Source of the DNA: Cereibacter sphaeroides 2.4.1
Lineage (GTDB): Bacteria > Pseudomonadota > Alphaproteobacteria > Rhodobacterales > Rhodobacteraceae
DNA: 32,000 bases
Direction: 5' to 3'
Assembly: GCF_000012905.2 (NCBI RefSeq)
Contig: NC_007493.2
Coordinates: 1,650,001 to 1,682,000, forward strand
How positions within the stretch are numbered: position 1 is the stretch's first letter; each line of letters opens with the position of its first letter. The position numbers were made by a program, and so were the translations under genes. Below, one piece after another: positions 10,480 to 18,421 of this stretch. Below the pieces are notes generated by a model. The model was not told the DNA's origin and searched no databases. It was given only the letters and a program-made list of their open reading frames with translations.

Positions 10480-10941
10480 ATGACCGATGCCGGACAGACC
10501 GCCCCCGATTTCACCCTGCCGCGCGATGGCGGGTCCACCGTGTCCCTGTCGGGCCTTCGGCCCGGCAAGGTGGTGGTTTACTTCTATCCCAAGGACGATA
10601 CCTCGGGCTGCACCCTCGAGGCGCAGGAATTCACCGCCCTCGCGCCGCAGTTCGCCGAGATCGGCACCACCGTCATCGGGATCTCGAAGGACAGCGTGAA
10701 ATCGCACGACAAGTTCTGCGCCAAGCACGGGCTCGGGATCGTGCTCGCCTCGGACGAGGGCGCGACCACCGCCGAAGATTACGGCGTGTGGAAGGAGAAG
10801 AACATGTATGGCAAGACCTACATGGGCATCGAACGCTCCACCTTCCTGATCGACGGCGAGGGCAGGATCGCCCGCGTCTGGCGCAAGGTGACGGCGCGGG
10901 GCCATGCGGCCGAGGTGCTCGAAGCGGCCCGCTCGCTCTGA
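10480..10941 (+). CDS. bcp: Thioredoxin-dependent thiol peroxidase (peroxiredoxin Bcp)
   Basis: 153 aa. It has APDFTLP...VVYFYPKDDTSGCTLEAQEF with the peroxidatic Cys. The +5 resolving Cys is replaced by Gln (CTLEAQ). Confidence 0.92.
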   Translation: MTDAGQTAPDFTLPRDGGSTVSLSGLRPGKVVVYFYPKDDTSGCTLEAQEFTALAPQFAEIGTTVIGISKDSVKSHDKFCAKHGLGIVLASDEGATTAEDYGVWKEKNMYGKTYMGIERSTFLIDGEGRIARVWRKVTARGHAAEVLEAARSL

Positions 10942-10950
10942 CGGCCCGCG

Positions 10951-11077
10951 CCCGCCGGAGCGGCGGGGGTAAGGCCTCCTCCGCGCCCGCCGAAGTGGCG
11001 GGCGCCAACCATGAAGGCCCGCAGCCGCCCGAAGGACGGGCATCGATCTTGCCCGCCCGCCCCCTCCCAGCGGCGGG
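10951..11077. repeat. Cluster of GC-rich stem-loops sharing CCCGCC/GGCGGG arms, downstream of bcp
   Basis: Four stem-loops: cccgcc-ggagc-ggcggg (10951-10967), gcgcccgcc-gaagt-ggcgggcgc (10983-11005, perfect 9 bp), gcccg-aagga-cgggc (11026-11041), and cccgcc-N10-ggcggg (11056-11077). None has a clean T-tract. Confidence 0.35.
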
Positions 11078-11134
11078 TGCAAAACCGGTGGCGGGATCCG
11101 GCCTGTTGCAGAATCGTCACGGCCGGAGATGCTT

Positions 11135-11220
11135 CGGCAAGCTTCCGCCGAAAAAGCCCCCCGCCTGACGGAACTTTCTCCAGATCGGCAAGTTTTCGCC
11201 CATTCGGGCAAGGTTTCGCC
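11135..11220 (+). repeat. Three direct repeats (C/G)GGCAAG-NTT-(C/T)CGCC in the M23/bactofilin upstream region
   Basis: cggcaagcttccgcc (11135-11149), cggcaagttttcgcc (11186-11200) and gggcaaggtttcgcc (11206-11220). Copies 2 and 3 are 20 nt apart. Copies 1 and 2 are 51 nt apart. Confidence 0.5.
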
Positions 11221-11351
11221 TTCGCCCTCCCTCGATTGGTCAAACTTGTTGCAGCCCTGCCGACCGCTGGCTAGTCAGTCTGCGGGGACAGGAAGGCCGA
11301 CCCGGCGTCGGCGAAGGTTCGTCACCGCGCAACAACAAACGGGACCGACCG

Positions 11352-12695
11352 GTGCTGACGCGACTTCATTATCGGATTCACACGAGCCTCGAACGCATCC
11401 TTCCGGAGCGTCGGCTTTTTCTTAAATCCGATAGCGACACGCGCTTCATCCGGCTCCGACCCGTGACGCAGCTCGCCGCTCTCGCCGGCGGCACGCTCCT
11501 CGTAAGCTGGACGATCCTCGCCACCTCCATCGTGCTGATGGACTCGGTGACCGCGGGCGGCACCCGCGACCAGACCCAGCGCCAGCAGGCGCTCTACGAA
11601 TCCCGCCTCAATGCCCTCTCCGCCGACCGCGACCGCCGCGCCGACGAAGCCGTGCGCGCGCAGGAGCGGTTCAACCTCGCGCTCGCCGAGGTCTCGAAGA
11701 TGCAGACGGCGCTCCTCGCCACCGAGGATCGCCGCAAGGAACTCGAGACCGGCATCGAGGTGCTGCAGGACACGCTGATCCGCACCATCAAGGAACGCGA
11801 CGACGCCCGCGAGGAGTCCGAGCGCGTGACGGTCGCGCTGGCCGAACAGACCGGCTCGGCGCGCACCGACGGCTCGCGGATGGCCGATGCCGAGGCGACG
11901 CTCGACCAGCTGTCCTCCACGCTCGCGGCCACCGCCCGCCAGCGTGACGACATGGCCAATGCCGTGCTCTTGGCCAAGGAAGAGACCGAGGAGGTCCTGC
12001 AGGAGAAGGCCGAGCTTCAGGCGCGCAACGACCTCATCTTCGGCCGGCTCGAGGAAGCGGTGACCGTCTCGATGGAACCGCTCGACAAGATGTTCCGCGC
12101 CGCGGGCCTCTCGACCGACTCGCTGCTGAAGCAGGTGCGCCGCGGCTATTCGGGTCAGGGCGGCCCACTCTCGAAGCTGACGGTCTCGACAATGGGCGGC
12201 GGCGATCTCACCCCCGAGGAGCGCCGCGCCAACGAGATCCTGAACGGGCTCGACCGCATGAACCTCTACCGGCTCGCGGCCACCAAGGCGCCCTTCTCGA
12301 TGCCGGTCAAGACCGCCTTCCGCTACACCTCGGGCTTCGGCGGGCGCAACGACCCGTTCGGGCGCGGCAACCGCCGCCACGAGGGCATCGACATGGCCGG
12401 CGCGAGCGGCAGCCCGATCTATTCCACCGCCGACGGCGTGGTGATCCAGGCGGGCACGGCCAGCGGCTATGGCAAGGTCATCAAGATCCGCCACGAGTTC
12501 GGCATCCAGACCGTCTACGGCCACCTGTCCCGAATCCGGGTGGAGAAGGGACAAAGGGTATCGCGCGGCGACCGGATCGGTGATATGGGCTCAACAGGCC
12601 GGTCCACCGGCACCCATCTTCACTATGAGGTCCGCGTGGACGGCTCGCCCGTCAACCCGATGACCTTCATCAAGGCGGCGAAAGATGTTTTCTAA
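11352..12695 (+). CDS. Bitopic M23 family metalloendopeptidase: cytoplasmic tail, TM helix, coiled coil, LytM domain (LmdC-like)
   Basis: GTG start at 11352. The TM helix is LAALAGGTLLVSWTILATSIVLM, followed by about 200 aa rich in E/R/L/A (coiled coil). The C-terminal M23 domain has intact metal ligands HEGID (HxxxD) and THLHYE (HxH). Confidence 0.9.
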   Translation: MLTRLHYRIHTSLERILPERRLFLKSDSDTRFIRLRPVTQLAALAGGTLLVSWTILATSIVLMDSVTAGGTRDQTQRQQALYESRLNALSADRDRRADEAVRAQERFNLALAEVSKMQTALLATEDRRKELETGIEVLQDTLIRTIKERDDAREESERVTVALAEQTGSARTDGSRMADAEATLDQLSSTLAATARQRDDMANAVLLAKEETEEVLQEKAELQARNDLIFGRLEEAVTVSMEPLDKMFRAAGLSTDSLLKQVRRGYSGQGGPLSKLTVSTMGGGDLTPEERRANEILNGLDRMNLYRLAATKAPFSMPVKTAFRYTSGFGGRNDPFGRGNRRHEGIDMAGASGSPIYSTADGVVIQAGTASGYGKVIKIRHEFGIQTVYGHLSRIRVEKGQRVSRGDRIGDMGSTGRSTGTHLHYEVRVDGSPVNPMTFIKAAKDVF

Positions 12696-13203
12696 GAGCA
12701 GAATCAACGAGCCCGGTCCCAAACAGGGCGAGGCCGAAAGGCCGAAGAATCAGGAAGCTCCCGTGCAGAAACCCTCGACCGACTTTGCGCCCGGCGCGCC
12801 GAAACCCAAGCCTTCCGCCTCGGTCCTGTCGTCTGACCTGACGGTGGTGGGCAACCTGCGCACGACCGGCGACATTCAGGTCGAAGGCACGGTCGAAGGC
12901 GACATCCGCGCGCACCTGCTGACCGTGGGCGAGAGCGCCACGATCCGCGGCGAGATCGTGGCGGACGACATCGTGGTCAATGGCCGCGTCATCGGCCGCG
13001 TCCGCGGCCTGAAGGTGCGCCTGACCTCGACCGCCCGCGTCGAGGGCGACATCATCCACAAGACCATCGCCATCGAGTCGGGCGCCCATTTCGAGGGCTC
13101 CGTTCAGCGGCAGGAAGATCCGCTTCAGAGCGGCAAAGGCGGCGCCTCCGCGGCTCCGCAGGCGGCCCCGGCCCCGCAGGCCACCAAACCCGCCGATCTC
13201 TGA
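12685..13203 (+). CDS. Bactofilin family cytoskeletal protein
   Basis: 172 aa. The core VVGNLRTTGDIQVEGTVEGDIRAHLLTVGESATIRGEIVADDIVVNGRVIGRVRGLKVRLTSTARVEGDIIHKTIAIESGAHFEGS is the bactofilin (DUF583) beta-helix repeat. It is flanked by Pro/Ala-rich tails. The start overlaps the M23 gene end by 11 nt. Confidence 0.92.
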   Translation: MFSKSRINEPGPKQGEAERPKNQEAPVQKPSTDFAPGAPKPKPSASVLSSDLTVVGNLRTTGDIQVEGTVEGDIRAHLLTVGESATIRGEIVADDIVVNGRVIGRVRGLKVRLTSTARVEGDIIHKTIAIESGAHFEGSVQRQEDPLQSGKGGASAAPQAAPAPQATKPADL

Positions 13204-13234
13204 TCCGTCTTCGCCGTCGGACCGGCACGACCAG

Positions 13235-13257
13235 GGGCGCCCATCGGGCGCCCTTTT
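13235..13257 (+). terminator. Intrinsic terminator after the bactofilin gene
   Basis: gggcgccc-atc-gggcgccc, a perfect 8-bp stem, followed by ttttg. It lies 32 nt after the stop codon. Confidence 0.7.
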
Positions 13258-13398
13258 GCATGGCAGCGGCTGTCGGTTCCCACGGCCTCTCTCCGACGCC
13301 GGCCGGCCCGTCCCCGCGCCAGATCGGGACATCGACTTCGCCCCAGCCCGGCGGGTGCAGGCAATCCTCCGGGCCACCCTGGGGCGGCCCGGCGCAGA

Positions 13399-14175
13399 TC
13401 AGTCGAGCGCCAGGCGATAGAGATGCCAGGTCGCATGGCCCAGCACCGGCAGGGCAATCAGCAATCCGAGAAATCCGGGCAGCATGGCGAAGAACAGGAT
13501 CCCCGCGATGGTGATGCCCCACGACAGCATCAGCACCGGATTGGCCTGCACCACCTGCACGCTGGTGATCATCGCGGTCACGAAATCGATCTCGCGGTCG
13601 AGGAGCAGCGGCAGGCTGACCACGGTGATCGAGAACAGGATGCTCGCGAAGACCGCGCCCACCAGAAGCTCGACGACGAGCAGCGTGAGCCCGTGCGCCG
13701 TCAGGAAAGACTCGAACGAGCTCGAGATGTTCACGATGGGCTGCATCCCCATGAAGAGGGCGAAGACCATGTGGGACAGGAAGTTCCAGAACAGGAAGAA
13801 GATCACCACGATCGCCGCCATGGACGGGATCTGGCGATCCTTCTGGCTGAGGATCACGCCGAGCACCTCCCCCCAGTGCAGCGGCAGGCCCAGTTCCAGC
13901 CGGCGGCTGACCTCGTAGAGGCCGCAGGCGATGAAGGGGCCGAGGATGGGAAAGCCCGCAGCAGCGGGCAAGATCCACCAGAGATTTCCGCTCGTGGTGA
14001 GCGCATAGAGAATGATCCAGCCAAAGATCACATAGGTGGCGGCAAAGAACAAACCGAAGGCCGGGGCGCGTCTGAAGTCACGCATTCCGGCAAATAGCAC
14101 AAGCCGCAGGTCTTCCGGGGTGAGCAAGCGCACCTCCGGAACGGCCTCGGCCGATTCCAGGTAGCTTTGCGACAT
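13399..14175 (-). CDS. DUF2189-like integral membrane protein
   Basis: 258 aa with about 6 TM segments. The N-terminal ..DLRLVLFAGMRDFRRAPAFGLFF.. matches my memory of DUF2189 proteins. RBS GGAGG lies about 10 nt upstream of the ATG. Confidence 0.7.
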   Translation of the reverse strand: MSQSYLESAEAVPEVRLLTPEDLRLVLFAGMRDFRRAPAFGLFFAATYVIFGWIILYALTTSGNLWWILPAAAGFPILGPFIACGLYEVSRRLELGLPLHWGEVLGVILSQKDRQIPSMAAIVVIFFLFWNFLSHMVFALFMGMQPIVNISSSFESFLTAHGLTLLVVELLVGAVFASILFSITVVSLPLLLDREIDFVTAMITSVQVVQANPVLMLSWGITIAGILFFAMLPGFLGLLIALPVLGHATWHLYRLALD

Positions 14176-14544
14176 TCCGAGACTCCTCCTTCTCGTAGGA
14201 GAGAGCCTAAGCGCAGGTGCCGTGCAGCACCAAGATGATTCTGCACCTCAGCTTTTGGTCGCGCTGCCCTCGGAAAAAGGGCGGAGGCGCAGCGCGCGGG
14301 CCGCTGCAGGACCGCCGCGGGTTGGAGGCAGGCGCGAAACGGATGGCTGCACCCGCCCTCTGCGGGGCCCGGCGCGTGAGCTTCTAGACGTTAAAATGGA
14401 TTTTCAGCGTAGGGACGCTGCACTGAAGGAAAGCGCAAAGCGGGTGGCTCACTGCTCCGCCTGCCCCTTTCGCGGGCACTGCAACGGCCTGCCGCCGCGC
14501 GGGCGACAGCCCTGCGCCGCCGGTGCAGCCGCGCCGCGCGAGGC

Positions 14545-15672
14545 TTACTCTTCGGCGTTGGCTTCCGCGCGGCTCTTGCCGGCCACATCCTGCGCGAGCG
14601 TCGCCTGCATGAACCGGTCCAGATCGCCGTCGAGCACGCCCTGCGTGTCCGAGGTCTCGACGCCCGTCCGCAGGTCCTTCACCATCTGATAGGGCTGAAG
14701 GACATAGGAGCGGATCTGGTTGCCCCAGCCCGCCTCGCCCTTGGCCTCGTGCTGGGCGTTGATCGCGGCGTTCCGCTTGTCGAGCTCGAGTTGGTAGAGC
14801 CGGGCCTTCAGCGCGTTCATCGCCGCCTCGCGGTTCTGGTGCTGCGACTTCATCGAGGAGGTCACGACGATATTGGTGGGAAGGTGGGTGATCCGCACCG
14901 CCGAGTCGGTGGTGTTGACGTGCTGTCCGCCCGCACCGGACGAGCGATAGGTGTCGATGCGGATGTCGTTCGCAGGGATCTCGATCTCGATATTGTCGTC
15001 CACCACCGGATAGACCCAGACCGACGAGAAGGAGGTGTGCCGCCGCGCCGCCGAGTCGTAGGGCGAGATCCGCACCAGCCGGTGAACGCCGCTCTCCGAC
15101 TTCAGCCAGCCATAGGCGTTCGGCCCCGAGATCTTGTAGGCAGCCGACTTGATGCCCGCCTCCTCGCCCGCCGATTCCGACTGCAGCTCGACCTTGTAGC
15201 CCTTGCGTTCGGCCCAGCGGACATACATCCGCGCCAGCATCGAGGCCCAGTCGCAGCTCTCGGTGCCGCCCGCGCCCGCATTGATCTCGAGGAACGTGTC
15301 GTTGCCGTCCGCCTCGCCGTCGAGCAGCGCCTCGAGCTCCTTCGCGCGGGCCGTCTCGACCAACGCGCGGATCGACGCCTCGGCCTCGGTCACGATCTCC
15401 TCGTCGCCCTCGGCCTCGCCGAGCTCGATCAGCTCGACATTGTCGCGCAGCCCGGTGTCGATCAGCCTGTAGGTCGAGAGCTGGTCCATGAGCTGCTGGC
15501 GCTCGCGCATCAGCTTCTGCGCGCGGGCCGGATCGTTCCACAGGTTGCCGTCCTCGATCATCGCGTCGAATTCCTCGAGCCGGTGCGGCGCGGTCTCGAG
15601 ATCCATGCGCTGGCCGAGCAGCGCGAGCGAGCGCCGGATGGCCTCGACTTGGTTCTGGGTCTCGGTGCGCAT
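14545..15672 (-). CDS. prfB: Peptide chain release factor 2, encoded without a programmed frameshift
   Basis: 375 aa with the GGQ motif ([19 protein letters not shown]). The segment [15 protein letters not shown] aligns to the E. coli SPF region. One uninterrupted ORF runs from MRTETQNQ, with RBS GAGGA upstream. Confidence 0.93.
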   Translation of the reverse strand: MRTETQNQVEAIRRSLALLGQRMDLETAPHRLEEFDAMIEDGNLWNDPARAQKLMRERQQLMDQLSTYRLIDTGLRDNVELIELGEAEGDEEIVTEAEASIRALVETARAKELEALLDGEADGNDTFLEINAGAGGTESCDWASMLARMYVRWAERKGYKVELQSESAGEEAGIKSAAYKISGPNAYGWLKSESGVHRLVRISPYDSAARRHTSFSSVWVYPVVDDNIEIEIPANDIRIDTYRSSGAGGQHVNTTDSAVRITHLPTNIVVTSSMKSQHQNREAAMNALKARLYQLELDKRNAAINAQHEAKGEAGWGNQIRSYVLQPYQMVKDLRTGVETSDTQGVLDGDLDRFMQATLAQDVAGKSRAEANAEE

Positions 15673-15780
15673 GGGCGAAGGTCCTCGAACGGTTCAGGCG
15701 GGGATCGGTTCAGGCGGGGGTGATAGCGCGAAGGCGCGGACCGGGCAAGGCCGGGCCGCGCCTGCGACAGGACGGCCGCG

Positions 15781-18366
15781 TCAGTAGAGACCGCCGGAAC
15801 TGAGCGTGCCGAAATCGGCCTTCTTGGGAATGACCTTCCGCTCGCCCGTGGCAGTGGTGACGGTCGCGCCCTGCTCGGTCTCCTCCTCGCCATAAGCAAA
15901 CAGCGGCAGGTTCGATCCCATGGCAAAGCCGCCGTCGACCCAGGCGCCCATGCCGAAGACCGGATCCTCGCCCTGACGGAAATACTCGGCCACCACATTG
16001 TCGCCCGTCGCATCGTCGGGCAGGCGCGCGCCGGTGAACCGGTCGATCTTCATGAAATAGCCGCCCGGGGGCACGCGGAACTCGGAGCCGCCGTATTTCT
16101 TCACGGCCTTCGTCATGAAGCTCTGGAACACCGGGCCGCAGAAGCCGCCGCCCGAGGCCGAGCCCATCGAGCGCGGCTGGTCGTAACCGATGTAGCAGCC
16201 CGCGACGATGTTCGAGGTATAGCCGATGAACCAGACGTCCTTGGCGTCGTTCGTGGTGCCGGTCTTGCCCGCCACCGGCACCGGCAGGTTGATCCCCCGC
16301 CCCGTGCCGCGCTTGATCACGCCCTCCATCATCGAGGTGAGCTGATAGGCGGTGATCGCATCCATCACCCGTTCGCGCTTCGAGGTGATGTGCGGCGCGC
16401 GACCCTCGGGCAGCAGCGGCTGGGCGCAGTCGTCGCAGATCCGCTGATCGTGCCGATAGATCGTGCGACCGAAGCGGTCCTGCACCCGGTCGACCAGAGT
16501 GGGCTGCACCCGCTCGCCGCCGTTGGCGAACATGGCGTAGGCGGCCACCATCTTGAAGAGCGTCGTCTCCTCTGCGCCGAGCGCATTGGCGAGGAACTGC
16601 CCCATCCGGTCGTAGACGCCGAAGCGCTCCGCATAGGAGGCCACGGTGTCCATGCCGATCTCCTGCGCGATCCGCACCGTCATCAGGTTCCGCGACTGCT
16701 CGACCCCGGTGCGCAGCGGCGTGGGCCCGTAATATTTCCCGGACGCGTTCTTCGGCGTCCAGAGCCCCTGCGCCGTCTGCACCTCGATGGGCGCGTCGAT
16801 CACGATGGTCGCCGGCGTGAAGCCGGAATCGAGGGCCGCCGCATAGACGAAGGGCTTGAAGCTCGACCCCGGCTGGCGCGTGGCCTGGGTGGCGCGGTTG
16901 AAGACCGAATACTGGTAGGAGAAGCCGCCCTGCATGGCGAGCACCCGGCCCGAATTCACGTCCATCGCCATGAAGGCGCCCTGCACTTCGGGCACCTGGC
17001 GCAGCGACCAGCGGCGGAAGCTGCCGTCCTCGCCCGTCACCTCGCGCACCAGCACCACGTCGCCCACCGCGAGAAGATCGCCCGCCCTGCGCGCCTTGGG
17101 CCCGAGCTTGCCGTCGGCCTGCCGCTTGCGCGCCCAGGTCACATCCTCGGCCGGGATGTAATGGCCGTCCTCGTCCTCCTCGACGCCCTCGATCCCGATG
17201 CGGGCCGCGCTGTCGCCCACCTCGAGCACCACCGCCGGATGCCAGCCCGGCACGTCGCGCGGCACCCGGGCCGCCGCCAGCGCCGCCCGCCAGTCGGCCT
17301 CCGAACCGAGTTTGTCTGCGGGCAGCGTCTGCCGCGTTCCCCGCCAGATGCCGAGGTTGCGGTCGTATTTCTCGAGCCCCACGCGCAGGGCGGCCGCCGC
17401 CTCCTCCTGCAGCTCCCGGTCGATGGTGGCGCGGATCGTGAGGCCGCCGCCGAAGAATTCCTGCTCGCCGAACTCGGAGGAGAGCTGGCGGCGGATCTCG
17501 TCGGTGAAATAGTCGCGCGGCGGCAGCGCCTCGCGGAAGGCCGGATAATCGCCGTTCTGCACCGAGCGCAGCGGCTCGTTCAGCGACGAGGTCAGCGTGG
17601 CCTCGTCGATATAGCCGTTCTCGAACATCTCGCGCAGCACATAGTTGCGCCGCTGGGTCAGCCGCTCCTTCGCCCGCACCGGGTGATACTGGCTCGGCGC
17701 CTGCGGCATCGAGGCGAGCGTTGCGGCCTCGGCCGGGGTCAGCTGCGACAGCGTCTTGTTGAAATAGGTCTGCGCCGCCGCCGCCACGCCATAGCTGTTC
17801 TGCCCGAGGAAGATCTCGTTCAGATAGAGTTCGAGGATCTTGTCCTTGGGCAGCGTCTCCTCGATCCGGGTGGCGAGGATGATCTCCTTGATCTTCCGCT
17901 CGCCCGTCCGGTCGCCCGACAGGAGGAAGTTCTTCATCACCTGCTGGGTGATGGTCGAGGCGCCGCGCACCGTCTTGCCGCGCGAGCGCACCGCCTCGAA
18001 GGCCGCCACGGCGATGCCGCGGGCATCGTAGCCGTGGTGGGTGTAGAAGTTCTTGTCCTCGGCCGAGATGAAGGCGTTCTTCACCAGGTCGGGGATCTCC
18101 TCGATCGGCGCGAAGATCCGCCGCTCCTGTGCGAATTCGTCGATGATCCGCCCCTCGCCCGAATAGATCCGGCTGATCGTCGGCGGCGTATATTGGGCGA
18201 GGCTCTCATGGCTCGGCAGGTCGCGCGAATACATCCAGAACACCGCCCCGATCGTGAGGGCGAGCGCAAGCAGCCCCAGCGTGATCGCGGTGAAGATGGC
18301 CCCGAAGACCGAGCCTACGAACCTCAACAATGGCGGTGCCCCCTCTGGTTGGCGGCCCTTATACAT
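15781..18366 (-). CDS. mrcA: Penicillin-binding protein 1A (bifunctional glycosyltransferase/transpeptidase)
   Basis: 861 aa. GT51 motifs are EDKNFYTHHG and GASTITQQ. Transpeptidase motifs are SSFKP, SRN and KTGT. There is an N-terminal TM anchor. Confidence 0.93.
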   Translation of the reverse strand: MYKGRQPEGAPPLLRFVGSVFGAIFTAITLGLLALALTIGAVFWMYSRDLPSHESLAQYTPPTISRIYSGEGRIIDEFAQERRIFAPIEEIPDLVKNAFISAEDKNFYTHHGYDARGIAVAAFEAVRSRGKTVRGASTITQQVMKNFLLSGDRTGERKIKEIILATRIEETLPKDKILELYLNEIFLGQNSYGVAAAAQTYFNKTLSQLTPAEAATLASMPQAPSQYHPVRAKERLTQRRNYVLREMFENGYIDEATLTSSLNEPLRSVQNGDYPAFREALPPRDYFTDEIRRQLSSEFGEQEFFGGGLTIRATIDRELQEEAAAALRVGLEKYDRNLGIWRGTRQTLPADKLGSEADWRAALAAARVPRDVPGWHPAVVLEVGDSAARIGIEGVEEDEDGHYIPAEDVTWARKRQADGKLGPKARRAGDLLAVGDVVLVREVTGEDGSFRRWSLRQVPEVQGAFMAMDVNSGRVLAMQGGFSYQYSVFNRATQATRQPGSSFKPFVYAAALDSGFTPATIVIDAPIEVQTAQGLWTPKNASGKYYGPTPLRTGVEQSRNLMTVRIAQEIGMDTVASYAERFGVYDRMGQFLANALGAEETTLFKMVAAYAMFANGGERVQPTLVDRVQDRFGRTIYRHDQRICDDCAQPLLPEGRAPHITSKRERVMDAITAYQLTSMMEGVIKRGTGRGINLPVPVAGKTGTTNDAKDVWFIGYTSNIVAGCYIGYDQPRSMGSASGGGFCGPVFQSFMTKAVKKYGGSEFRVPPGGYFMKIDRFTGARLPDDATGDNVVAEYFRQGEDPVFGMGAWVDGGFAMGSNLPLFAYGEEETEQGATVTTATGERKVIPKKADFGTLSSGGLY

Positions 18367-18421
18367 GCGGGCGGCCGGAAGAGCAAAACATGCCCAACCC
18401 CCGCGCTTCGCGATTTCGCGA

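Noticed and set aside
10480-10941. Bcp lacking the usual +5 resolving cysteine (CTLEAQ).
   Set aside because: One-Cys-type or atypical Bcp variants are common, so this is a normal family variant rather than an anomaly.
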